A stretch of 64,000 nucleotides of DNA from Phoronis australis (lineage: Eukaryota > Animalia > Phoronida). The translations under genes were made by a program, and so were the position numbers. The stretch is from the NCBI GenBank assembly GCA_002633005.1, contig NMRA01000813.1, forward strand, positions 1 through 64,000, given 5' to 3'. This document shows positions 26,303 through 38,893 of this stretch, one piece after another. Below the pieces are notes generated by a model. That model was not told where the DNA came from, ran no database searches, and was given only the letters and a program-made list of their open reading frames with translations. The number at the start of each line of letters is the position of its first letter. Within the stretch, counting starts at the first letter, position 1.

Positions 26303-28699
26303 TCGTGGTCGCTATGAATTCAAGGGATTGCCTGAATCCTGAATTAAAGTGGTTCTTGGAAGGGAATTTTTGCACCTGAAGGAAATTTGGCTAGACTTTA
26401 AAATAGTTTAAGGTGGGAATGGAGTCCATATTTGGCCCCAAAATCGAGGCATTGAAGGCCCTGGAGTCCTGGACTGAGAAGTCTAGATCAACTATATGGG
26501 CTTCTCTTTTTACACTCTATTTGACGTATGTCTGCCGAGCTGAAATCAAACCAGTCCTCCTTTAACAAATTATAGGAGCGCTCGAAAATTTGATACGCGA
26601 AGAAAATATCGTTTCCTGTAAGGGACAGTCTACTTGTCGTGCTCTGGAGCCGGTGGCTTTTTACAAACAATGTTTCTGTAACATTATACCATCTTTGAGG
26701 GCTATGATTATCGAAAATGACATTAAGAACAAACGTTTCGTAAAAAAAACATCACTAACTACCGGCTTTCGCAGACTAATTTCATGTTTGACTACAGGAA
26801 AATACACTTTTGTGTGCAGATTTGTCGAATCAATTTACTTACTACCCTACTGCAGATTATTCAAGTATAAATGATCATGACTTGCTCCATGGGATTAAAA
26901 ATGGCTAAAAAATCATTCTATTGTCGGTGTTGCTGCTATTTGCTTGTGTAAGGAGACGGTTCTCACAGGAGAGTGAACGTCAGCGTACAAAGCACTCTGA
27001 CAGTGGAGGATTAGTAACGCGATCGTGGCGTGTTAATGACTGGTAAACGAACATGGTCAGGAATAAACAGCATCTCTGGGTATCCAATAGAACCTGATAC
27101 CGGCACTGTGTGAACAAGATCCCACTCATAAAAAGACCACTGCCTTTGCTCAGTTTAGTACACCAAGTCAAACTCAAACACAGATAATAAACAAAACAGT
27201 CAAACAGGGCTTCATGACACTCACTATCACAAGGTGTGACAATACAGGCCGAGAAAAAAGCCAACTTCGGCAGATGGTTTCCTTCCTAAATGCTACACGA
27301 GTAACATGAAAATAATCTTTCAAAAAACAAAAAAAATGTGAAAATTATTGCCGTCAAAAATCAAACTTTCTGCCCATCTGTTCATCAATTCTTAGTCAAT
27401 CTGAGTGCTGATCACGAGTTAAAGTAAAAATTCTCCATTTTGAGACACAGTATGGCTGACAGGTGAAATTTAATTTTGAAAAATTTCTCAACAAAAACAC
27501 TTTTTCAGAAAAATTTACTTTGCTTTTAGCATGGTTTGTATGGGTTAATTATTACCAAACAACATTCGGTAAATTTTTGAGCATTTGCAACACTGTGGTG
27601 TGGTAAGTCTCAGAAAAATAGAAATATGGCAATTTTAATACACATTCTTGTCCCAAATTGAAGAATTGTTACCGTAACTGTGCCCAAGGTGTTCTTGGTG
27701 AGTTTAGGGCAGAGCTCCTTCTGACTAGTCAGGACGGGAGGCAACTGTATGGAACTGGCAACCCAATGGTACCAGGTGGGCCAAGTCCTGTGATTTTTTC
27801 GTAGGATGCTGGGAAACGAGGGCTCAGTGGCACTAATTTGTCTTAGAGTTGTGTTAAACTCTTTGCATCAGTTTCGTTTTTAAGCCTTTTTTAATCTCAT
27901 TTACTTGGCCACGGATTAGCTCAGAGAGAGAGAGCTGCAGTTTTCAAAGTTGGCGATAATTTTTTTTCAAAGTAATAAAAGTTCTAGGTTAAATCACCCA
28001 GCTTTGTGGATAGTGTGACATTAAAAAACAAACCGAGGCCTACATACACCTAAATGCTGATGGTAAGTTAATAGCAAAATAAACAAAATTACAGAGATCC
28101 AGAAATGCCCCCTGAACTGAATTTGAAAAACACATTTCTCTCCTGTCTTTTGTCAAACCTAATTAACGTAGTCTCACTCTGAGGGTGTAACTGTACTCTG
28201 TGTGTTGGTAGAGGCATAAAATCTTTTTTTATTCCAGACTCTGACCCTCTGAGTTGCTGCCGAGACGGAGATAGGATCGGGTTTGTAAAAATAACATTGT
28301 AGTCGAAATTGAATACTTCAAAGTGGAAATGCCCGTTTCCAGTCCAAAACTAATGGCTGGGTTTCACCTTACTGCACCGAGCGACAGACTCTGGGACATT
28401 CACTTTACAGTTACGATGGCACTCAAATCCCTTGACACCCCCGTCAAGGTGTCGGACACGCTTACTTGGCTGTGTGAACACATTGATCGGAGAAAGCTGG
28501 ACAAATATTAATTATGTTAAATGATATTTGCTCAGAGCACTAGCCTGGTTTGATACCTTCCCCTGAGCTGCTAAACAATGCAACAGTGTTTGCTTGGGTT
28601 TAAGGACAATCCTCAGCTATTCAGCTACTGTGACATCTCACTGAGGTGAACTAAACAAAGTTCAAACTATGAACACAATTGGAACACAATTAAGAACCA

Positions 28700-28852
28700 G
28701 GGGTCTATCTCACTAAAATGTCATGATTTAATGACGTTTTTTGACAAAGAGTTCAAACGCAGAAGCCTTATGACCTGTCATAGGTTTTGGCTAAGTATCC
28801 ATTCTGTCTAGAAAAAATGTCATAAATTTACAACACTTTAGTGAAACAAACA
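28700..28852. mobile_element. MITE with related GGGGTCT...TCA ends
   Basis: GGGGTCTATCTCACTAAAATGT versus ACACTTTAGTGAAACAAAC, an imperfect inverted repeat. Confidence 0.45.
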
Positions 28853-29049
28853 AATGATGAAGACTTAATTCAGCAGCCTATTGAACTAAATTAAAAGTTC
28901 ATTTTAATTTCTTATCAAGTATTCTTTCCTACTTGTTTGCTTTAATTTATCTTAATTCCTATTTTTTTATTTTTGAATTGTTTGCTACGACAACGAGGAA
29001 CAAGGAAAATAAAAACAAACAGAAATTAAGGAAATCAAAATAAATTTAC

Positions 29050-29067
29050 CTTCATCTTCGTCGTAAC
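29050..29067 (-). CDS. ROR: ROR 18-nt microexon (GYDEDE), phase 1-1
   Basis: tttccaacag|GTTACGACGAAGATGAAG|gtaaat; pyrimidine tract upstream; frame-preserving link between the distal exon and the Ig exon. Confidence 0.65.
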
Positions 29068-29152
29068 CTGTTGGAAACCTGTAACGAGAAAACACGAGTA
29101 CAGGTAAGAGGTTCAGTAGTAGCCCTAGCAGTGCCCACAGACACAGTGTCAT
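29050..29152 (-). CDS. ROR: ROR putative proximal first coding exon (signal peptide B)
   Basis: MTLCLWALLGLLLNLLPVLVFS-RYRFPTGYDEDE+G is a classical signal peptide with a V-F-S cleavage-like end. The phase-1 donor GAAG|gtaaat matches the Ig exon acceptor. Confidence 0.65.
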
Positions 29153-31364
29153 AGCGTCGTGACTGTCTCCCGTTCTCACATGTCCGCGAATGACTGCTAC
29201 CACTTGTGGAACCAGACTCAGTCATGAAATACTACCCTCCACGTGTAGGGGCTGTCCGCTGTGGTACAGCCACTTCAGCCATTCACACAGTGAGCTTAGA
29301 CTTGGACTCTAGAGGGAGCAACATTTAATTGGCAGTTCTGGGCTAAACATGCAGGAATGGCAAGCCATTATGTTCACCTCAGCACCATAGATGATGGTAA
29401 TGGTGGCTGGGATTTTTTTTTTGGATGACGCCCAATATTTATTGCAAATTAATTTGGCATTTACAGCCAATTTCCTGTAAAAAATTGTGACAGCCTTGCT
29501 TGTCGAGCTGGTTACTAAATTGTAAAATGTCAATAGGAAGAAAAATTTAACGACAAAAAATACTTCAATTACTAGCGGAGAGTATATTTCAAGTCACCTA
29601 AAGCAAAATATCAGGTCAGGGTAGAAGTTAAGACGAAATTGATTGTAAAGAGATTCATTCTTCAGGTAATTATGGAAAAAATTATCAGATCTCATGTTTC
29701 GTCTATAGAAAATGAGAAAAGAATGACTTTGATCTTTGACTCACTACTTGGGTGAATACTATTTCTTTCTGAGCAGTACAACTAAAGAGGGGCTATTAAG
29801 ATAACATTTCCCTCTTATATTGCAAGATAATTGGCTATTTTATAGGTCAAAAAGCAGATAAATCTGCCCATTACAACCCACGACCACCATACAAAAATGA
29901 TACAATTTTCTCGGGGCACCAACTGAAAACTGCCCAATTTGTAGACAGACGCTTAAAATTCACCCTAAACTCATTAGAATTAACCAATATTTCCAATGCT
30001 GGAAGACAAAACGCAAAAGGACATAACCATGACCTGAGCCACCCAGTTTTTCAGACAGTCAAGGTGAAGCAATCAACACCTCACAGTTGGACACTTGTCA
30101 GAGAAAATCGCCACATTCCACCCCAGGTACAAAAAACAGGCGGCCAGGCAAGGCGACACCAATGTGGCCAGGGGATAGCCAGGACACAGACAATAACAAA
30201 TTAGAATTTGGCTAAAGACAGTGGCAGGATTCAATTAGCCCTCAGTGTCAACAAAATACCATGACTGGGGTTAAAATTGGATTTAACTCAAATATTTATT
30301 CTGGATTGTGTTGTGTTGAATAGTGGTCACTCCAAGCCAAGGTGTAGACACCATGATGTATCTCAGTTTTTTCCATCAAAGAGGTCAGAGCAAGACAGAT
30401 GTTTTTAAACAAAAAGCATGCTTTACATCTTATCTTTAATTGGTTTTGAATTATGTTACAAAAGTGGTTGAACTGAAGTCACTTTTGGGGCTGCCCACAA
30501 ATAACGTGACCATAAAATGTAGCTTCGTCTAATTAGACAAGTCAACATTTAGTGATGAGTCAATAAACTAATTTGCCCAATTAGTTTTTGAGACATCCGC
30601 TATTCAATTCAGGAGTAATTCATACACAATTAATGACTCAGGAAGTATTAGCTCATGTTCAATAATAATTGAACTGAAACACTGGATAAGTCAGCAGGAA
30701 TAGTCATAAAAGACATGCTTTTGCAACTAAAATACATTTTAGGATGTCATTAAAATACGACATCCTGAGAAGGTTCATTTTATCAACGTCAGTCAAAGAC
30801 CAAAGTACAATCATGCACAGTATATGAAATTCCAGCAATTTCAGACACAAATAATTGCCAAAAATACCCTTTTTGAGTTTTCAAGAGCTAACATTGTTGA
30901 GAATGTCCAGTTTTTCAACTTCATTTGATGGTAGCTATGGTACAAAATAAGGCAACTCATTTAGTTTGGCGAAATATATTTCATGGAGAGATTGGATAAA
31001 ATAAAATGTCACTTGTCGTCATATTGTGCCCAAAATCGGCGAGTTTCTAAGCCATTTTGGAAACTCTTGGTTTCAAGGCAACAGAGCCAGCCCGTCAAGA
31101 AATTACACAAAAACTGAATCCTTACACAATAAGTAAAACGTGTGATTACATTATGGCACAAAAATAATTGTGAAAATTGTGATTTTTTATTTTTTTTTGT
31201 AAATCAACTACCGCACTGATGTACCTTGACAAAACAATAAAAAACTTAAGAAATTTGACTAAAATAAGATTTCACATTTCTGACACAGAGAGCTGTCAAT
31301 GAAGACTTAAACGAATGATGTTAAATAAAACATTTGGAGAGAAAACGTCCTGCTAAAATTCATG

Positions 31365-31530
31365 TGTAACCTTAGAAAAATGTCTAAATTAGCCAAACAT
31401 CAGAACATGTTATCTCAGAAATGACTGATCAAATTCAAATAAAAAAATTTCAGACATTGTATTTTATGCAGTGCTGTCCAAAGTCCAACAAGACTCTTTT
31501 AAATGTTCCCCTTTAGGAGATATCAAAAAT
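31365..31530 (+). repeat. Dispersed repeat family B
   Basis: TAGAAAAATGTCTAAATTAGCCAAAC...TCAGAAATG...ATGCAGTG is shared with 32835-32960+, 63815-63960+ and 12770-12885-. Confidence 0.65.
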
Positions 31531-34500
31531 TGCTGTGTTTAAATATTTAATGAAAACCTTAAAAATTAGATGAAATAAAATGATAGGTTAATTTAGAACT
31601 TTTATATCAAAAAATATCTGGCTATGTTATTGATACTGTTGTTTATCTACAAATGTAGGTTTATTTTTGATAAATCTAAATAAATCGGTCACCTTACCAA
31701 TCAATTCTTGGCAGTTTGGTTAAAATTAAAAATGGAATTACACAGCTATACAATTTAAAAAACATATAATTACTTTAATGGAGTTATAGTTTTGTAGATA
31801 AATGATTAAGTGCACAATGTTATCTCTAGTTGCCTCACAAAACCTTAACTTTTAAAAATATGACACAGACTCTCCGAGTACCTGCAAGGTAATTAATAAA
31901 ATGTTTCCATTCTCCAAAGACTTGTTCAATATTGATGTATATGCGCAAAAAAATTTTCACGCAGAGTTTGTTGTTAGCTGACGAACAAATCACAGTGGAG
32001 AATTACAATGGTAATGTTGTACAAGTCTTCACATTTTTTTAAGTATTTGAAATTTTGACGCAAAAGTAAACTAGTATTTCACATTAAGTCACATTGTAAG
32101 ATACAATTTCGGCATTGTTTTCATTGCTCATAATAAATTCAGGCATTGCTTACATAAAAAGTTCAAACCATCTATTGTTTAACAATGCCTGCAACACGCC
32201 AAGTTCCAACAACTAAGGCATGTTGTTTTACAACGGAGGGTCATGTCAGACGCAGTCAGAACAATTTGTAAAAACATGATTCCTGAACCGCAAAGTAACA
32301 GCATTAGAGCCCAAACAGGCAAGAGGGATCGAGTAACCCATTCCCCTGGTGTGAAGTCGACACTAATGTGTCCCCCGTGTTATTACACACCTCCGAAGGT
32401 TGCTGTTTAGTCAATCACAGCATGAGACCTTGTCTGAACGCCTCGCCACCAAAAAGATCGCTAATTGCAAGACCATGGTTTTTGACTAGCCGGCAAAAAT
32501 AGATCAGACAAGGAATGCGTGTTCCAGGTTAGTCGTCTGTAATTGAAAAACTAAAGAAAACTCAGTTCTTGTAGTTAGTACATGCGGTATAAAAATGTAA
32601 GATGGACCATGAACAGGAGCACCTTAACGTTCAACATCCGATAGCATTAATTAGCTGAAAATGGACCATTTTAACCCCAGTTTTACATTACTGAAGCTGA
32701 ATATCATTTTGCTTGACCAAATGTCATCTAAAATTGATGAAACTAATGAAGGAAATAAGCTGAAGTTATGAAATTCAAGAGACCTGACGTTCTGAGACAG
32801 CCAGCCGCTAAAAGATTTTTAGGGTTATATACGATCCTAGATAACTAATGTCTAGGTTTGGCTAACTCGGGAAAATCCTATATCAGAAATGACAGATCAG
32901 ATTTATACAGTACATTCAGATACTATATGCCTTATGCACTGTTTTTAAAAACGTTGCATGGTTTCAATTTCGCAAACCGAGGTGCTCTAAACATACGACT
33001 TCTATGATTTTCCCAAAAAACTTGAAAGTTGCATAAAACAAAAACAAAATAATAATTCAGAAAACTAACAGTGTTTTCTATATTTTATCATGAACGTTCA
33101 TATCAAACGAAATTTCCAACCATTTCTGCAAGGATTGTACTTTTCCTTTTTTAATAAATTTTGTTAAAAAGTCTTGGTCAGTAAACCGAAATACCAGCGA
33201 ATTGATATTTAGTCAAAAATATAAATCTACAATACGTTTGCTTTCAGAAAATACATACTTTTATACTTTTGTAGATACTTGGCTGAATGCCCAGACTAAT
33301 GTGATAATGATGTCATACATAACTGTAAGTTTTAGAACTGTGAATCTTCACTTGATTGTGGAAAGCAATTGTAATGATTCGGTCAGCAACTTCAGTTTAA
33401 TTCATGTTTAAATTTTTTAAGATTTATAAACCCTCCAGGTTGATTTTAGCACACAACAGGTTTCATTGGATCTTAAAATAAAACTGTATTGAGTTTTTAA
33501 TCAACATTTCATAAACAACAGCTTGAGTCTTTAATCACAAATAAATTTGTTTAAAAGACAAAAATAACTGAATAAAATGTGAATTTTTGAGCTTTTCAGG
33601 CTGTATAGTCTTTCTGCTAATGAAGAAAAAATTCCTAATATGGTATTCACTTTTGTTGAAAAATTCCAATCGAAATCAGACATTTTCCCCACAACAAATC
33701 TTTGTACTTTTTACAACTTGAGGTTCAACCCAACAGATACGAAGGCAGCTTTGATTAATCACAAGGTGACTCAATCCCAAATGATAGATATGTAATTTGT
33801 GGGGTGCTTGAGGTCCTGGCCAGGTGTGAGGTGTTACCTAACCCCTCCACTTGAGTTTGAACGACCTGTACATCACCAGTACCACTGACTGGCTGTGAGA
33901 GTGAAGTGGTCACCGTGACAGGCCAGACACAATGACCCACGGTCAGACATTTACAAGTGGATGTGAAGGCCAAGCAGTGACGGGACAGAGCACTCTTTGC
34001 AACTTGGAGTGTTCCAATGGTGACATCAACAGAAGTGGTCACGGGATGATTGTATAACACAACATAAGTACATTGTGATTTGAGACAATTAAAGTTGTAT
34101 AAAAACCACTTTTCAGGGCTATTAACTATTCATTTTCCACTGGGTCTTTTCAGTTGCCCACAAAATACTACTGGGAAGGGGGATCTTGATAGGCAGTAGT
34201 TAGAAAAAAGAATTAGAAAAGTTGAGGCATTTGCTTCTCGCGAAAACTAACCGAGACAAGCAAATGGGAAAACACTCTTATAGTTAGTTATTCTCCACTA
34301 ATTTCTCAGAAAAAAAGATTGCCAAAAAGTCATTTTTCTATTTTTCAAAGGGCTACCTCATTTCAAACAACTAGATTTTTACCAAGTGTTGTTTTAAGCC
34401 CAATGTGTAGTTTAAGGCCATGCAAATATAAAATACAAATTTTACAATTTACTATTTGCTTTCACTGGTAATCGAATAGTATCATAAAATTATAAAATTC

Positions 34501-35684
34501 CACTTTTTCTAGACATATTACAAGTGAACAAAGGCAAAAACATCATGTTTCCATGTTATCCAAAGGCCCCTCCCCTCCCCCGACATCATTGTCCCCTCAG
34601 TAGCTCCTTCCATCTCACTGAAGTTGGAAACAATGACTAAACTGGCAGCAGGTGATGAGCCATAACTACCAGGTACAGTGATTACATCATTTCACATGTT
34701 GGTGTTGTAACCACATTTCAAACTGATGCCCATTAGCTTCATTTGCACAGTTCACAGCAGTGTCCTTTCCAGGGCATGGCTCCAGGCTCCACATACCAAA
34801 GTATTATGAACTGTACTGTAGTCCAAAAGGTACCATTGTACCAATTTCGTATTTAATTTCGAACCATATCTGAAGTAGGGTGAACATCAAATCCAGCCTC
34901 ATAATATACTTACACAAATTTATGTACACAAAGTTTTGTCTCTAACAACGAACACTGAACACAACACTGAACACATACAGTAACAAAAAACATTAAGTGT
35001 GGTTTTACTGTCATTCATAACAGCCTGATGGGCGGCTACAGTGCTCTCCTTGCCTGAATATTATTCAAGAAATAAAATCCTCAAAACTATGTAATCATTC
35101 CATACTAAAATTTTTTAATCTCAAGACGACTAATTTGGTGAGTTAATCGTGTTCACGGACAAAACACTGACAGACACGCAGTTGAACTTGGAAATGGCAT
35201 GATTTTGTACCTTTCTAGTAGGCCAGTCGTATTTTGGAGAAAAGATGCCAAGGAATGAGGATGACTGTGCTAATAATTTAGCTATACATTTGATCCTCAA
35301 GTTTAGGGTACTGTTTCATGCTGAAATATGCCATGGCTTGTTTTGAACCAAGCATAATTTTCAGTTGGCACTCAATAACAATGAACATTTTGGGAAACCA
35401 TTGAAACTTCAGTACATAATTTGTAATTGTTACTCTGAAAGTCGACCCATGGCTCTATATTTGGGTGCATGTTTGCGGAAACCGCCAGTATTTATGATAA
35501 AGCACCTGATGATATGTCTTGGAAATTCTAATAACGCTGATGAACATCTGATTCATTGCATTAATATCGATTTGAAACACCCTTCTGGGCAGGGTATATT
35601 CACATATTCAAAACCTGTCATAGTGATCCAGCTTCTAAGCAGGGAGACTCTTGAAGGGCGATAACGACTACCTTATGTTGGCGC

Positions 35685-35749
35685 GTTTCCATGGCAATGC
35701 AGGCACAATCAATACCTATCTGACGTTGTCAACATGTTGTCATGGCAAC
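35685..35749. promoter_or_regulatory. Paired RFX X-boxes, candidate intronic enhancer
   Basis: GTTTCCATGGCAAT (35685-35698) and GTTGTCATGGCAAC (35736-35749). Confidence 0.5.
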
Positions 35750-38073
35750 ACAGCAACAGCTCATCCCAGGTAATGAGCAGTAATGGTGACAAAGACGTGT
35801 GTTAACTCGCGTTAATTCAAAGAGCTTGGCTACACACATCTGATGGCCAATAAACTATATTAATCAAGGATATTCTCTTTCCTAAATACCATAATACCAA
35901 GCCTTTAAGTATGCTGGCTCTCGTTAATGGGGAATGTTGCCTTTTAGTAGACTATCAATTAAGCATATTTTGCTCACGGTAATTTTCCAGGTATTTTGCA
36001 CAAAAACAATTGCCAAAATTATGATTTTTCGATATTTCGATTTTACAATGGCCAGTTACTTCAGTACCAATAATGAAAGATTTACAACTCGTGCTAGTAT
36101 GGACTACAATTTTGTTGATCTTTATTTTGTGGAGAAATCTGAGAAAACAGAATTTCAATCACCGGCCATGATCTATGGGCTAAAATATGTGAAGATTTAC
36201 TAGACTCTGAAAGTTGAACTCGTAAATAGATTTTTATAAAGGCAAACCCAGAAAAATAATTATTCAGACTAAAAATGACATTGTATGTAGTCACACAACA
36301 AATGGGTGTCTGATGGGTTCATTTGCCATAAGTTGTATTACTTTTATTACCTATGTGTGGCACCATCGCTCAAGCAAAAGGGCAAATTGTTATGAATGGA
36401 GGCTGTGGGGTGTCTCAGTCATTCAGCAGTTATCAGAATGAAAATGCAGGAAAAGACAGCTTATGCATATCAGCTGACATTTTTGGAACTTGCACACTGC
36501 ATCACACTTCTAGCTTCACAAATTGTTGGTAAAATCAATTTTACTTTCATAAAAATCAACTAAATAGGCCCAAAATATTTTAAATGGCTAACAAAAATTG
36601 ACAAGTTGACCAATACTGCCTTCAAAAATGTAAATTTTCCAAGTAAGAAGGAATAATTCAAGGTGACCTGCCAAATACATAAATTCCTATGCATGAAAAA
36701 ATTTGGAATTAAACTACTGTGGATAATGTTTTGCGGCTTAAATAAGTTTGATCAGTTTGGAATAACAAGTTCTGTTTATTATAAAAGTAAATGACAATGT
36801 ATATTCAGCTCTTCCCTCTTAAAGTATTCTTTAAACAGTAAAACACTTTCAACTTGAGTTTAAAAAAGTAAAATGAGTACGGACACTGAAGCAAGAAATT
36901 TGAAGGTTCTTGCTGACATAGTAGAGGCACCAATCAGAAAAAACAAACATTTTATTTTGATAACCTTTCCACGACTTCTTAATTGAATGCGGTTTGAATT
37001 ATTTTGGAGAACGGTGTCACTACTATTTGCATTCAATTGATCAAGGTTGTTAACCTAAAAACTCTATTTCCATGCATTTTGGATCAATTATAATCCACAA
37101 TGGAAGGCGTACTATTACACAAAGGTTAGAAGCGTTAAGCTTCAGCAGATACGGTTTACATTTAACGTTTGTAATTTACACTTGGAAACCAAATGCTGTA
37201 GGAGTGGCGACGATCCCAGCAGCAGCACTGAAAATAAGGGCGTTTCAACAACATCCTCAGGCCGGCCGTTGCAACGAAACTATTTCAAAGATCAAGCACT
37301 ACTTTCCGAGGAGAATAATAGATGAAATTGGTGCTTTAGAGACATGAAAATGGCTTGTCCATAACTGAACACTCGTGGGTTATGTAGAAGAAAAAAAAAC
37401 GTCAGACATTCTCATCCCACCAAGGCATTTTTGCTATTGAAAATGACATGAACAAGCAAAACATATTCGCATCATCCACTTGAGATTGTTGCTGACAAAA
37501 AGCCCTCTAATGAGGCAAAACGCCCCTCCATTGTTGTAAGGAGTGTGATATATGTAGTGAGTTTTGACAGTTTGAAGTGACCAAATGACAACAGTCTCTT
37601 GTGTAATCTTGCAAAAATACATGGCAGGTGGCAGGGTGACAACCTGTCAGTCTCAACCATGGGCCATATAAGTCTGGATTACGAGCCAAATGGACAGCCA
37701 AGATCATTGTTGCCAGTAGGTCAGGCAGAAACCACTCATGTTTTAAGGCCAACTCATCTTTTGCGGATTTTCTTTAAAGAGGTAGGTACAATTAAAGATT
37801 CAACTCTAGTCAATCTAATGAAATGTGAAGACTTCGGAAATGCGACATATTTGGAAAGCATAAATGCAAAAACGTCCAACATGCCAATTATGATATATTA
37901 CAGATGTTCATGCAGCAATATGTTGACTCAATAGGTAATATTCTACATACAGTTCTTAAGCGTCCTGAGGACACAAAAGCATCTTTCGTTTGGCCCCAAA
38001 GTTCTAAATCTGGTGTGCAACACGGACGGAGTCGACGGGGATACAGCGTGATTTCTTTCATTCACAGGTATTT

Positions 38074-38136
38074 TCAGACATTTTTGTGCGCGTAGTTTGA
38101 ATATCCTACCATACAACAGTGGACATTTGATGACAT
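38074..38136 (-). pseudogene. THAP-domain N-terminal remnant of a DNA transposon
   Basis: MSSNVHCCMVGYSNYAHKNV* resembles M-x-x-CCVxGCSN with a C>Y change, in a CpG-rich patch (~37950-38285). Confidence 0.45.
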
Positions 38137-38819
38137 GATAGTGGACAAAACATGAAACAATGAAAAATATCCCACTGCACTAAATCCATTCAAGAATGCG
38201 GAACACTGTCGGCCAACTACCCAATCGCCATCTGGTGACGAGGTGTATTTCACCATGTCGCCACTACATCATAAATGGCTATTAAAATGATTCAATTTTA
38301 ATCAGCCCATCATTATGCAAATATTTTGGACATAGCATATTTTGGTCATTACACATTAAAACAATACAAAATGAAATAAAATACGTTTCACATTTTCTTT
38401 TAATAATGAATGTTACTTTGGTTGAAGACTCAATTTTCATTAGTTTATAAATCAAAATGTGAAAATTCTACTTGAAAAAAGAAAGCCTCACAACCTGATT
38501 AAGATTAATGTTTTTGTAAGTACACCATGTCATGGAGAACAGGAGACCTAAAAAATGAATGGACACTTGACAGTTATCTGGTTAATGTACATAATCTAAG
38601 ACCAAGATAAACATTTTAGTCATGCACCCCTTTGATAACAAGACATGACTCAGCCACCTCATAAATGTGCTCTGACAAAATTCTACACGCAATAGAAACG
38701 AGCAAATCGTTTCAGCACCAAAGCAAGCTAACCCAAATGGGTGGCCCAGGGGTAACAACTCGCCTTGTGTGACCATTTAGGGATTGGTGAAATGGAAGCA
38801 AGCAAGCATTCTTCCATTT

Positions 38820-38893
38820 GCCTGTTCTTGGGCCTCTCATGCAGTGCTCCTGACCATTAGCCTGTTCTTGGGCCTCTCATGCAGTGCTCCTGA
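38820..38893 (+). repeat. 40-bp tandem duplication
   Basis: GCCTGTTCTTGGGCCTCTCATGCAGTGCTCCTGA repeated with a 40-bp period. Confidence 0.9.

Noticed and set aside
29050-29078. 29-nt version of the microexon using the upstream AG
   Set aside because: It would start in phase 2 and frameshift against the distal exon; retained only as a possible minor or NMD acceptor.
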